A stretch of DNA of 64,000 bases from assembly GCA_964016885.1 (NCBI GenBank), contig CAXHJY010000010.1, forward strand, positions 13,214 through 77,213. Direction: 5' to 3'. The notes beneath the pieces are model-generated. The model did no database searches and was not told the origin of the DNA. It was given only the letters and a program-made list of their open reading frames with translations. Made by a program: the position numbers and the translations under genes. The DNA comes from Eledone cirrhosa (Eukaryota). Shown in pieces: positions 41,933-57,173 of the stretch (position 1 is the first letter of the stretch; each line of letters starts with the position of its first letter).

Positions 41933-42630
41933 CTGAAAGAGAAAAGTCGTATCAGTTAAATTGGAATATTGAGATTAGTAAGTGACTAAATTGGCATAAT
42001 TGATAGAGCGTCAGACAAAATACCTTCTGAGTTAAAATTCCGCCGAAGTTAACAATATCATACACCCTAACGGGGTCAATAAAATAATATACCTGTCCAA
42101 TACCGGGGCTGATATAATCGACTATTCCCAACATTCAAATTCGAAACCATGTGTGTTAGTAAAATATTGATTTGCAGATAAAATCTGTTATGACATTTTA
42201 GTTTTGAGCCCACCACAAATACTATTTTAATTCTTTGAGAAAGGTGTGATTACATTCTGACATAAAAATAGCTAGTAAAATATTTTAGTACCAATCAAGA
42301 ATTTTTATGGACGTGAATTATTCACACCTATTTTAAGAGAAATATTTTGAGCAGCCCTAGGAAACAACTGACTAGAAATTCAAGTTATTAATGTTTCATA
42401 TGTTTGAGTGCTGTAAAATATCGTTGAGATGATTATCATCATTAGATTACAACTGCTACTTGTATCGGACATGAGGATGTAGGCATTACATATCCCGTTC
42501 AATTATCTGTGCCTTCCACCAGACTCTTGCCTGATTTTATATTACTAGAAATATTTGATTTAATTGATAGCAAGTTAATTTAGTGGAACACATTTTTCTC
42601 AAAGATTTACTTATAGAATGATTCAAACTT

Positions 42631-42756
42631 GGCATTAGATATATGGCATTAGATATATGGCGTTAGATATATGGCGTTAGATATATGGCGTTAGATATAT
42701 GGCGTTAGATATATGGCGTTAGATATATGGCGTTAGATATATGGCGTTAGATATAT
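42631..42756. repeat. 14-bp minisatellite (ggcgttagatatat)x9
   Basis: Direct reading; the first two units are ggcattagatatat. Confidence 0.95.
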
Positions 42757-44140
42757 ATTCTTAGACGTAGTCTTAGCTCTGCCACAATGATTCCACGAAT
42801 GGAATTGCCAGGACAAAGTTCCAATAGTTGTACGGAAAGATATCAGATAGCTTTTCATGTAGGCACATTATAATTCTTGTTTTTGTAAAACGAAATTACC
42901 AAAAGGTAACGATAATCAATTAAATACCACATCACGCGTCATCAGTCACGTCTGTAATTGTACGCCGAGTTCTTAGATTTTAAATATACTTCACAAATTG
43001 ATCAGGTTTCACTTAATACTTGGTCACACTTAGAAATATTATCAGGGACACATTAAACTATCGCGTCACAGTTTGATAACCTCTGTCTTATCAGATATAA
43101 GACTTTAATTTCTGAGATACCCATCTATTTTATGGAATAATTCTCTTGATACATTGCAACACAGGTTAGAGAACATACTAAATACAAATCATCCATCTCA
43201 CGGTGGGTAGAACAAAACCGTCGGTTCAACGAGCTATGGTATATAACCATAAGAGTATAATTTGCAAAGCATTCTCACAAATAGAATAAACAAAAGGATC
43301 ACCCGTTCAAAGCTAACCTGGGTTACAAAATAATAATAGAATAATCAATGTATAGATTCCAAACGGCACATTTTATGAATCTTTATTTCAGAGAGTGGTT
43401 ACTAACTGGAGTAAAAGCTGCATTTGGGTTAGGAATGTATCGCGTAACGAGGGGAGACCACTGTTTCGTTTCGGCCCCCAAATCGTACTAAAAACAAACA
43501 AGGCTAACATCTGTTCTTTGGTAAATTTTGTGCATCGATCCGCACTGCGATAGAAATACAGAGAACCAATAAGTAACCACATGATTATAAGTTAATGTGT
43601 ATTTAGTTTAATTCATATTGGAAACATTCTTTGCTTTGGTTTAATAAGGCCTGTATGTCTCCCGTGCTGCTGCATTAGACTTATTGCCAGATTATTATTC
43701 ATAGTAGAGATTCATTTATTTTTTAACTTTATTTTATCTTTTATTTTAAAGCTTTGAATTGGCAAGTGTCCTTTGAGCGTATGATGAGATAACTTGTGGT
43801 AATGATTTCAGCTCTGAGTTCTCAGTTCAAATTTGTGTACTACTTGAGTAGTAGACTTCATTCGTCCTCTAATTTAACGTCATTTCGTCCTTGGGTGGTT
43901 TTAGCAGAGTTCATTCTGCAGCAAGCATTTAGATCAGGACTCTAGTTTCGGAATACTCCCCCAATATCCGTCTGGAAAGAGTCAAATACATTATTTTCCC
44001 TCTTTGACTAAACAGTAAAAAGAATCAAAGAGGACAAGGTGATATTAGTGCTTTTGACGTATTGAAGTTGCTCACCATCAGTAATTAAAAAAAAAAAATG
44101 ATTAAATTTCAAATAACTTTTATTGTTTTCAGACTTAATT

Positions 44141-44993
<853 letters not shown>

Positions 44994-45619
44994 AATATAT
45001 ATATATATATATATAATAAATATATATATATATATCCATTTGAGTATATGTTGGTTGTATACCAACACCTCGCTATGCGGATTGGAGCACTCGACGAAGT
45101 GCGCAGGTTGGTTTGGTTACTCCGGAGTCTCACCCCAGAAATAATTTCTATAGACTTTTGACTGAGGAATGCTCTCAAAACTGACCAATGGGAGGAGTGA
45201 CCTTACAAATCTTTCTAACATTAAGATTGGGTATAACACACACACATTTTATTTGATTATTTTACTTTGTTCCTTTACCATCTTATTCCTTCTACCACTT
45301 TATCATTTTTTTTAGCTGACTCCAACACCACTACCAACATAAGCGTAGAGGTCAGCTGTACTTAACAATAACAAGAAAAACCACTATAGATTGCCTCGCC
45401 TCAGAACGAATTTCTATAGACTTTTGACTGAGGAATGTTCTCACAACTGACCAATGAGAGGAGAAGATGTCCTTTGACGCTAAAATTCGCTTGTTTAAAT
45501 TCATATGATTCCAGTTCCTCAGTGAAATAACAACCCAACCAGGAACTGGGCATATCAGAGTATTGACAAAGTTAAACACCTCAACAACACGTGTACTCGT
45601 CTCTACCACACTAATTCGG

Positions 45620-45674
45620 ACTGGCTGAAGAGGTCACAGCCAAAAATGGCTGTCACCGAAATATATATAGCAGT
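45620..45674 (+). ncRNA. Type I hammerhead ribozyme with (UA)n stem III
   Basis: ACUGG-CUGAAGA-GGU-c-ACAGCCA-aaaa-UGGCUGU-c-ACC-GAAA-UAUAUA-UA-GCAGU, followed by AATAAA. Confidence 0.8.
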
Positions 45675-46509
45675 AATAAACGAAGCCAAATTTTAAACAT
45701 TTGACTTATTTATTTTATTTTATATATATATATATAAAACATTGATATTTATAACCAGAATGTGTACACATTTCTTTTCTCTCTTTTATTGAGAGATAAA
45801 TTAAAATATTGTACTGTGCTCGGTGTTTTCTTCCCTTTAAAACATTTAGGGATTATTTTGGTACTGTTTCAAAAATCCACCGAATTCATAATTTTGAGAG
45901 CTGTGAAAGCAAATTCATTTGGAAAATTTTAATTAAACTTTGATGTGAACATTTGGTTTAATTTACTTGGAGTTTTAATACCTCCAACACCTATATGCAT
46001 AACTATTTAATTAATAGGCATGGGTGACCTTAGGAGGTGCGGGACTCAATTGGGTATTTATATATATATATATGTATATATTTGCAATTTTCAATGTGCA
46101 TACGCGCCAATGTGTTCTCCGTGAACAGGCAGAACTAGCTTCCCCCACAACCCCCTTCACTGTTACGTGACACTGAAGTTTGAGTTTGCAGTCGGCTGGT
46201 AGCTGATTTGTTCCGGAGGGGCTAGGCCCTCGCTGATGAAGCTGCTCATAGCCAATTACATAATGCTTAATAGCATTACCTAATTTCTGTGCACGGCAGT
46301 TCCTTTAGGATTGTTGCCGGCAGGGGGAGTAGCAGAAACTAAGGCATTAGCTGGGGACCAGAAAATCAAATTTTCCATCCACACGAAATCGTTTTTGTCA
46401 CAATTTAACGTATTAGTGTACACTCTAATTTTCCTTCGGCTGGTATCTTAATGAGACTGACATAATTAAATTATTGAGTGAGTAGGAAAACGATCGACAG
46501 CTTCGTTTC

Positions 46510-46546
<37 letters not shown>

Positions 46547-46547
46547 A

Positions 46548-47765
46548 TATATAAGAACAAAAGATGGTTAAAAGAGTTCCATGTATTTTATTATGCGCAT
46601 TTCAAAAACAAATATCATCATGCAATAATATTTGTGTTTTCATCAGATAAAATAGGAAGACATGATATGAAGGTTAAAAAACACTTGTGGATAGTTCAGT
46701 TTTAAATCAACATATAAGAAGTAGTTTTAGATTGATGTGTGATATTGGGAAAAATATTTTATTTAGAGGGGGTGGGGGTGGAAAGGATGAAAAAGAGAGG
46801 AGATGAGAGTAAAAAGTGGAGAGGGAGGAGTATAATGAGGAAGGATGAGATAGGAGGAGAGATGGGTGATAGAGAGAGAGAGATAGCTTTTATAACTGAG
46901 AAAGATATATTGTTTTACATAGAGAGGTTGAAAACCGTTGGAAGATAATGTATAAATTAAAAGAATTTGAAAATTAACGAAGAGAAAAATAATGTAAAGT
47001 TAAGGTTTGTATATTGAGGGGTTTGATAATATGTGCGATGAAAAAGAAAATGTTAATATGTATTGAGAATAATGTTTAAGGGTTTAATAATATGTGCGAT
47101 GTTAAGAAGATGTTGATATGTATTATTAAAAGGAACAACAGGTTATTTAAGTAAGGAAATATTGTGAGATGAGCATGAATCAGTTAGATGAAAGGGAGAA
47201 AAGAATAATGAATTGAGGATGAATAATCTAACGTCAAAAAAATGTATATGTTTACGAAGGATTTTTACAAGGTGATATAGAGTAAGAATGTATTGTATTA
47301 TGTAATAATTGATTCTATGTTAGGCAAGAGTGAGAAAAGGTACAGATTAGGGGTTAGACATTAAAAGAAGAAGAGAAGAAAGGGAAGTGATAAATAGGAG
47401 CGATGTAGAATGAGTAACAAGTATTATAGAATGTATAATAACCTTTGAAAATAAGGTAGAAAGATGGGTATATTTTTAAAAGAAATGTATATATATATGC
47501 CTTTGAGAAAAAGATTCTAAATTGATAAAGAATTGAATATTAGCTGTATACATTGTGAAATGTTTTATGGAATTTATGCAAGCAGATAGAAAACAAGTCA
47601 GTGCGTCTATTTATTATAGAATCTAAATTAGAAATAATGGTAATTTTTTCATTTAGACAGAGATTGCAAATTTTGGATAGAGAACTGTTCAAGTATGGAG
47701 ACGCAGAAGAAACCTTCTTCCAAAAGATGGTATATTTAATATTTTTGTCTTTCAAGGACCATATG
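46548..47765 (-). mobile_element. 5'-truncated Penelope-like element: GIY-YIG C-terminus, 3' UTR and terminal HHR
   Basis: [16 protein letters not shown]...PY...CNLCLNEK...[13 protein letters not shown] at 47540-47765; bounded by (TA)n at both ends. Confidence 0.85.
46584..46654 (-). ncRNA. Type I hammerhead ribozyme, intact (25203 family)
   Basis: UAUUUUAU-CUGAUGA-stem II-GAAAUGCGCAUA-AUAAAAUA. Confidence 0.85.
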
Positions 47766-47767
47766 AT

Positions 47768-48664
<897 letters not shown>

Positions 48665-48809
48665 TGTGTGAACTAGACAAACGGAGAATAGATTACTCTA
48701 GCGTGGGGCTCAATTGGCTTAAGTCAAACCCTGCTAACGAAAGCTATAACTTTTCAAGTCATAGTTTATTACAAAATATATTTATGATTAATATTATTTG
48801 AAAACATAC

Positions 48810-49034
48810 CTGGCGTATCTTTTGATAATGTTTCATTTCTGACTGTTATCGGAATAGGTATGTTCGCAGTGGTGTCTGGTACGGGAGAGGTGATATCTAG
48901 TACACCAATGGTAGTGTATGGTGAAACTGTGGTAGTCATGTCATTTATTATCGGTGTAGAATAATTAACTTTCTGAGTAGGAACAACAGTCGTTGACTTG
49001 AATTTGATATTGCTGGGTCCTTCAGGTTCATCTG
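48810..49034 (-). CDS. Exon encoding Ser/Thr/Pro-rich mucin-like linker of the VWA gene
   Basis: Acceptor ttttcattgcag|CAG (NAGNAG, alternative start 49031) and donor CCAG|gtatgt; 225 bp, phase 1-1, open in frame: DEPEGPSNIKFKSTTVVPTQKVNYSTPIINDMTTTVSPYTT...KDTP. Confidence 0.85.
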
Positions 49035-49379
49035 CTGCAATGAAAATATTCCGGTTAGTGATAAAATATACACTCTTCTCTTCTTCGTCATTAGTAGAAA
49101 CAACAGTAAAAAGATTAAATCATCAGTTATTAATTTTCTCATGAAGCCTCATTTATTTGGATGAGGTTAAAATTTTGCATGAGCTATGATTTAAATTACA
49201 TATTCATGAATGCTGTCTAACATAGTCTCTTCGACAACCTATGCTACTTCAAATGTTTTCATTACATCTAGTCACTACCAAATGATATGTAATACAATAA
49301 ATTAATTCCCTAATAAGATGATAAAAATGATTTAATAGTAAAATAAAATCGCAATTAAGACAAAAAAGTATTGAATTAC

Positions 49380-49934
49380 CATGACAAAATTTTATGTAGA
49401 AGTTTTTCCCAATCGACTTCAAACTTTTGTAATTTAAAATACGATAGACTCCTGTGTCTGGATCACTTGCAATAGCATTTAATTCCTTTAGGTGACATTT
49501 TTTACCGATTCCAATAACATAAACATTTATACCAAGTCTATGGAGATTTTCTGCCTCTGCTTTTGTATTTCTGTAAGAGCGAGAATTACCATCAGTGATA
49601 ACTATCGTCACCAAAGAACTTTTACTTTTGTCAAAGGACTGAAATTCTTGCTTAGCAAGTTTTAGAGCTGCTCCTGTGTTCGTCCAACCACTTTTGTAAG
49701 TAATATTAGCAATGGCTTTATGCAATTGTACTTTGTTCTTATATTGGCCGATTGAAAATTCCAAATGGGCCTTTTTACTGAATGTAATAACACCCATACT
49801 AATTTTATTTGTGTCAACCTCAAATGTGTCTACAAATTTTTGTAAAAATTTCAAGAGCCGCTCATAGTCTTTTGGCCAAATACTTGACGAAGAATCCAAC
49901 ACGAACATGATATCAGTTTCTTTTCCGACACATT
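49380..49934 (-). CDS. Exon of a VWA-domain extracellular protein (matrilin/collagen VI-like VWA domain)
   Basis: Acceptor ttttattttcag|AATGT and donor CATG|gtaatt; 555 bp, phase 1-1. Encodes ECVGKETDIMFVLDSSSSIW...TNTG...VITDG...VYVIGIG, with MIDAS DxSxS, T and D intact. Confidence 0.92.
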
Positions 49935-50012
49935 CTGAAAATAAAATGGAATAATTCAGTGAGACAAATTAAATACTTTAAAATCTGTTTCATTTGAGGT
50001 GCAATGTTTATT

Positions 50013-50154
<142 letters not shown>

Positions 50155-50409
50155 TTAATATTAGTACAGATTAAAGTTTAAGCAAATAATTTCTGCTTTC
50201 ACCCTATTACGGGATGTATATATATAATTTTGACGAGCAAAGGAATACTGCACTCAGATACAGTACATAGATAAAGACGACCTCAAGCTAATCAACTGTG
50301 AATATATATATATATAGGGGAACTTTCTAGGTGTAAATCCCATGGTCATATATATATATATATGAGCATTACATATATTTCACAGTTGATTTAATCGATA
50401 TATATATAT

Positions 50410-51130
50410 CTTCTTCTTCTTCTTCTTCTTCTTCTTCTTCTTCTTCTTCTTCCTGAGGGGGTCGAAGGGCCAAAGTCCTTAAACACTCCCTCCAGCGGGT
50501 CCTGTCAGAAGCAACCGTCTCCAACTGATCCGGCTGGATCACCAAGCGAGACCAGCCAATCTCATGGATGTTTTAACCATGCGTCTCCTGATAGTTAGTT
50601 TTGCCCTTAAAATTTATCCAGTGATTCTTTCCTGAGACATTCTAATCACATGCCCATAGTATTGGAGAAGTAGCGGCTCTACCTGGAGCAACTCTGATCT
50701 CCGAGCTATGCACTCAATTGACTAAGGTTCCCCCAAAGACCCGCCTGACGGACCTCGTTTCGGCCGCTTGCATTCGTGATCACATTATTTCATTACCCAA
50801 GGTTAACTTTGTCTTTCATCCTTACGGGGTCGATAAAATAAAGTACCAGTAATACACTGGGTAATTGCTGGCCTTGTGCCTAAAGTAGAAACAATTATTT
50901 CATTACCCAAGATTCGTGACCATAGGTTAGGGTTGGCACGAATACCAAATTGAAGACAGCGATTTTGGCTTTTACGCTTACTTCCCTTCTTATTACTGAA
51001 TGCTGAAGCAGGTGCATCACTGCATTAGCTCTTACAATGTTTGCACTTAATTCAGCCTCTTGCCTTCCATCACTTGTGAACACGCCCCAAGATACTTGAA
51101 CTCTCTACCTGCTTCAGTGGAACGCCATTT
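50410..51130 (-). mobile_element. RTE-like LINE 3' fragment with (GAA)n tail, interrupted by a truncated SINE at 50800-50899
   Basis: KYLGACSQ...AKIAVFNLVFVPTLTYGHESWVM...YGHVIRM; the SINE is flanked by TSD tttcattacccaag. Confidence 0.85.
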
Positions 51131-51191
51131 ACATGTAGAATGCACTGCGCAGGCTTCCTTGAGAGGAGGAGTGTCTCATGTTTCACCACTA

Positions 51192-51227
<36 letters not shown>

Positions 51228-51232
<5 letters not shown>

Positions 51233-51348
51233 AAAAAGTATGACCCCGACGGCAGAGCTCAAGCCGTTTCGACGGCTATTTCTGGACAGTCCAGAAATAG
51301 AGGTCGAAACGACTTGAGGTCTGCCGTCGGGGTCATACTTTTTCCTAT
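51228..51348. repeat. About 120-bp near-perfect palindrome
   Basis: ataggaaaaagtatgaccccgacggcaga...ctatttctggac-a-gtccagaaatag...tctgccgtcggggtcatactttttcctat. Confidence 0.9.
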
Positions 51349-51435
51349 TTCCCACTCTACTACCCTAAGTATTGAGTACTCTGGTGCGTTATGGTCCATC
51401 TGGTTCCTTACCACAATTCCTTTGTTATATATATA

Positions 51436-51489
<54 letters not shown>

Positions 51490-51503
51490 CATATATATTA
51501 TAT

Positions 51504-52022
51504 AGTGGTGGAACACTGGAAGGTAATATCCGTAGTGGTAGAATACTCAGTCCATGGGACGCGAGCCACGTATGGTCCCTCAAGGACTCAAGTATAGACT
51601 TGGAAAGCCATCACTAAGTCCAAGCCATACGCAAGGGGAAATCTAACGTGTGGCTTATGTATTGACGAACGAGTAACTATTCTAAAGAGATTACGCAATA
51701 GTGATTGCCTAAACACGAGAAATGAATTTTTCACACGTTGTCCACACGTCGCCAAACACCTATTGCATAACTACAAGGCTCCGGACTGATTCTTTGTAAT
51801 TTTATTTTCAACCTAAAAACTTTTCGGACTTTCGCAGTTATCTCCCTTACACCTCTAGCACGCAGTCTAGTATTGCCTGTGTGTGTGAAGTGACGGGGTT
51901 TCTGCGCATGCGCGTTCGTACGGTTGTCCTTCCTGTTCCTATAACCATGCCCATTCCGAGCTGAGGATCCGCTAAGGTGATAGAATTGTTCTCGCTATGG
52001 CGAACTAACTGTTGTGTAACCA

Positions 52023-52026
<4 letters not shown>
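51504..52026. mobile_element. About 520-bp element with AGTGGT...ACCACT termini in (TA)n (solo LTR or MITE-like)
   Basis: Short terminal inverted motif; rearranged second copy at 55980-56288. Confidence 0.6.
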
Positions 52027-52093
<67 letters not shown>

Positions 52094-52539
52094 CGAAGGA
52101 AATGTGGTAAGGAACCAGATCGACCATAACGCACCAAAGTACTCAATACTTAGGGTAGTAAAGTGGGTAATAGGAACGAGTAGGACCCCGACGGCTGAGC
52201 TTAAGCATATATATGTTTATATATATGTGTATATATATGTGTATGTGTACCATGACTGCAAATGGGATTTGTCTAATCTCAAGATAGAGTTTAAATATAA
52301 TTATGAAAGCAGAAGCGATCTCCACAGGGTTTAAATGCATAAGTCTCCGATATCCAAGTAGCTAAAAAGTGTCAACAGAAGGTCATCCAGGAGTTATGAT
52401 TTGGATGTGGCTCGGCCTCCTTAGGGTGTAAGAAATTAAGGGCGGGTTTCGTCTCTGAAGACCTTTTGCAAGCCTGCTCTCTTGAGAGTTTCTTACCACT
52501 GTACACCCCCCCACACACACATGTATATATATACACATG

Positions 52540-52618
<79 letters not shown>

Positions 52619-53013
52619 GAATAAAAAATGGCGTAGACATACAACACAACAGGAGGAAAAAATATAACACCACTGACGATGTTGCAGATGTGCAACGAAA
52701 GATTTATGTAAATTATGTAAACTATATATATGTGTTTGTGTCTATATTGTATCTGTATTATTTTTCACCGTCGGTCAGTCAATGGCAACATTGAGGACCG
52801 AGTAAGTTAGATCGCAGATATAAAAGACAGCGAGAAGCGAAAACCAACCAAACAGTGAGTGTGTTCTGTTATTAATTCTGGCAATATTACGCAAATATGA
52901 CCCTCCCCAAGTATAACTATATATATATATATATATATATATTCATACATACAGGACTCGCTGGAGGGAGTGTTTGAGGACTTTGCCCCTTCGACCCTCT
53001 CAAGAAGAAGAAG

Positions 53014-53046
<33 letters not shown>

Positions 53047-53227
53047 TATCGATTAAATCAACTGTGAAATATATGTAATGCTCATATATATATATTATAT
53101 ATATGAGCATGGGATTTACACCTAGAAAGTTCCCCTATATTTATATATATATTCACAGTTGATTAGCTTGAGGTCGTCTTTATCTATGTACTGTATCTGT
53201 GTGCAGTATTCTTTTGCTCATCAAAAT

Positions 53228-53318
<91 letters not shown>

Positions 53319-53387
53319 CACAAATAGAAGTGTGTTACACAGTGAAATGTGTGAATTACAAGTGATTTTTACCGTTACTGTATAGAA

Positions 53388-53540
53388 AATAATTGTTTCT
53401 ACTTTAGGCACAAGGCCAGCAATTACCCAGTGCATTACTGGTACTTTATTTTATCGACCCCGTAAGGATGAAAGGCAAAGTCAACTTCGGCGGGATTTGA
53501 ACTCAGATCGTAAAGGGACATAACTATGCTGGAAAGCATG
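53388..53540 (-). mobile_element. tRNA-derived SINE, 5'-truncated
   Basis: Reverse complement of the 8361 family; agaaaataat on both sides. Confidence 0.9.
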
Positions 53541-53877
53541 TAGAGAAAATAATATCTACAGGTTTAGCAATTAAATAGAAAAAAACCTAAGTCAGAATCA
53601 AATTACTGAAGTAGAGTTTTATAGTAATAATAATACATTTGAAGACTAAAATCCAAAGAGGGCTCGATAAGGATAAATATATATCAAATATATAAGAACC
53701 CAGAGCAAATATTTATTAAAATAACAGATTAAGGTTTAAGCAAAGAATCGCTGCTTTCACCATTAACGGGATCTTCTAAAACTAAAAAAATCAATCTGTG
53801 AACGCAGAAGTAAATATTTCGAAAAATATTGCAACCCAAGGAAGACAGGAAGACGATACTTTGGTTCCTGGAAACGT

Positions 53878-54145
53878 TCCCTGGCAAAGAACGGAAAAAA
53901 ACGAAGATAATATGTCATTATTTGGAACGGCGAAAACAATTACACGCAAAGATAAAACCACGTTTATGGTATAAAAGAAGTCGTTGACTAATATTCTATT
54001 AGGTGGTTCGTGGAGACCTTCCCTGGCAATGAACGGAAAAAACGAAGATAATACGTCATTATGTGGAGCGGTGAGAACAATTAAACGCAAAGACAAAACC
54101 ACGTTTATGGTATAAATGAAGTCGTAGACTAAAATTCTATGTAGG
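53878..54145. repeat. Tandem duplication, about 141-bp period
   Basis: ccctggcaaagaacggaaaaaa...aagtcgttgactaatattctat repeated with substitutions. Confidence 0.85.
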
Positions 54146-55009
54146 AAACCGAATGATTCTCGGCTTCAGAGTTAAGAATAATGTAAAAAAATTATAGCAG
54201 TTATTGAAATCAACAATAATTAAATATATACATGCACGCGTCCATATACTACACATGCATACGCGAAAACACCCGCCATGGGTATGCAAATACAGGCACG
54301 TGCACAAAAACACGCGCACACATACAAAAACCCACGCAACGGCTGTACCCGCACACATACGAACGTATACACCAAATACACATAAAACATATATAAAAAA
54401 ATATATATACATGTGTGTGTGTGTGCGCGTATACATATAATTATATAAACGTATATAAATATATACAGATAAATACGCATATAACGCGCGCACACGCACA
54501 TCTACATGTAAATACACATATGTTCGCTAAACTTCAACCAAAACATAAAGTACACATATACACACACCCTAGATACGTGCAAACCCGCATACACACACAA
54601 ACGCAAAACTCGCGCATACACATAAACATATACACATGTACCAGTATATTTAATATAATATATACGCCTATAACAAATACAAGCAAATATACGTACGAAA
54701 AAGTATACGTACCTTCACAAAACATACAGGTAATATATACTTACCTATACAAATAAGTAATGGTATAAACATACCATATACTTAGCTACCACATCAAGAC
54801 GTAAAATATCCGCGTATAGTTCGTACTATCCGTTAGGGTATAATGTGGGGCTGTAATACAGGAATGTTTTGTGCAATTTATGTTTACAAGCCGAAATTGT
54901 CTCAGAATTTTTGTTTAAGATGTGGTGATTGGCGTAGAGTATTTCCAGGGCTTCAGCGGCGCAGAGGTCAGATGGTCTTTTATTTCCGTTATACGGAATC
55001 CCATGTCAT

Positions 55010-55963
55010 TACACCTGAGGGATGACAGAGTTCTTTGAGATACTGGCTGGAGTGCTCCAGAGTAATACATTGGCTCCCTTCCTTTTTATCATCGCAGTGG
55101 ACTATTGTATGCGCCTCGCGCTGGAGAAACACCAGGACTCTGGCTTTACTGTAACACCGGCTCAAAGCAGGAGAGTTAAGGCGAAAAAGATATCGGATGC
55201 TGAATTTGCCGACGACATAGTTTTGGTGACAAACACAGTGAAGGAGGCAGAGGATTTGATGCAGGATGTGGAGACGGTATCAATGAGTGTGGGGCTGAGA
55301 ATGAATGAGATTAAGACGAAATATCTGGTAGAGAATATTAAGAAGCCAGAGAAGATTACTAATGTAGGCGGGAAGCTGCTAGAATTGGTTGAGGAATTCC
55401 TGTATTTGGGAGTAAAGATTGGGAATACGGAAGATGATGTGGTAGTGAGGAAGAGCAAAGCCTGGGCGGCGTGCCACAGTTTGAGATCGGTATGGAAGTC
55501 GGACCTTTGTAAAGACCTGAATATCCGTCTCTACGTTGTTGTAGTGGAGTCTGTGCTGCTGTACGGGTCTGAGACTTGGACACTGACCAAGAAACTCACT
55601 CTGATGGTGAATGGGTGCTACACGAGAATGCTGAGGATGGCTCTGAACATTAATCAGTATACACTGAGGATGAAAAACTCAGAGCTGTACGGGAGCCTCC
55701 TAAAAGTCAGCTCAAAAGTGACAGAGAAGAGACTGAGGTTAGCTGGACATGCTCCCCGACATCCAGAGTTGACACTGCACTCAGTGCTCCCGTGGGAGCC
55801 CCTGCATGGACACACTGGAAGAGGAAGACCGAGGTTAACATATGTTGATGCCCTAAGGACAGACACTGGTCACTTGGAGACGCAGGATATGGCGGCGATG
55901 ATGAGGGACAGGGACCGCTGGAGGGTACTCGTCCATGGATCTCGGAAATTTTACTCACTCTAG
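55010..55963 (+). mobile_element. RTE-clade LINE RT, 5'-truncated, with a 313-aa open frame
   Basis: GVLQSNTLAPFLF...FADDIVL...FLYLG...LLYGSETWTL...RLRLAGH...GRPRLTYVD...DRDRWR; ends in (TA)n. Confidence 0.93.
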
Positions 55964-56334
55964 ATATATATATATATATAGTGGTGGAACACTGGAAGGT
56001 AATATCCGTAGTGGTAGAGCACTCAGTCCAAGGGACGAGTTAGGTAGAAGTGGTTACACAACAGTTAGTTCACCATACCGAGAACAATTGTTTCATCTTC
56101 GCGGATCTTCAGCTCGGGATGTGTATGGTTATAGGAACAGGAAGGACAACCGAACGAACGCGCATGCGCAGAAACTCGGTCACTTCACACAGGCTCGGTC
56201 ACTTCACACAATACTAGACTGCGTGCGGGAGGTGTAAGGGAGATAACTGCGAAAGTCCGGAAAGTTTTTTAGGTTGAAAATAAAATAACAAAAATTAAAA
56301 ATAAAATCACAATTATATATATACATATATATAT

Positions 56335-57020
56335 ATACAAAATATAAAACAATCAAATTTTTATTAATACATTTAATTTCTGACGATCGTTTCTTCCAGA
56401 TAACTGTCTGGTATCATTTACTTTACACCCAACATAAACATTTCTACATTAACTCTAATATAAATATTTTTGAATGCTACTAACTTATCTTATTTTACTT
56501 ATATTCGCATTACATAACTTTCATATCATTGCGTATCTATTTTTACCATAATGCATGCCATTTTTATCCTTTTTAACATTCTGTTTGTAATAAGCTTAAT
56601 ATATTCATCTTCTAATTTATCTCACGCATGCTTTTATTAATACTCTGTATATTTTGCTTCGTATACCCTTATTATAACACTTTTCAATGCTATGATATCA
56701 TTTTGCACCTGAATTACCTTTATGAATAACTTTTCTCTCTATGCTCACTATTCTCACTTTATGTAATAAACTCTTCACAACAGCTCCTAATATGTTGCTA
56801 TCTGTTTACTATAATATCATTTTGTCACTCTTGATTTTTAATAGATGTCACTGACACTATTCATAATATTGTATCTCAATGAATGTTCTATAGAGTAGGA
56901 TTGTAATTACTTGTTTAAACATCGTGTAAGCTCCGATGAATTTAGACAGTTATCTGGAAGAAACGATCGTCAGCAATTAAATGTATTAAACAAAAATTTG
57001 ATTGTTTTATATTTTGTATC
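56335..57020 (+). mobile_element. PLE-type terminal repeat with inverted partial copy and HHR at 56930-56974
   Basis: 56335-56412 is the reverse complement of 56945-57020. GCU-CcGAUGA-stem II-GAAAC-GAUC-GUC-AGC, with palindromic ACGAUCGU stem III. Confidence 0.7.
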
Positions 57021-57141
57021 TCTGCTCTGTAATACATCTGATAATTTACATTGAGCTATTTCTCTTACTGGTAATCGGGAAGTGCATAATACTACCCTTT
57101 CATATTTATAGTTATATATAGCTCGTATATAAGTATAAATC

Positions 57142-57173
<32 letters not shown>

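Noticed and set aside
42631-42756. Regular repeat array as CRISPR
   Set aside because: No spacers; eukaryotic minisatellite.
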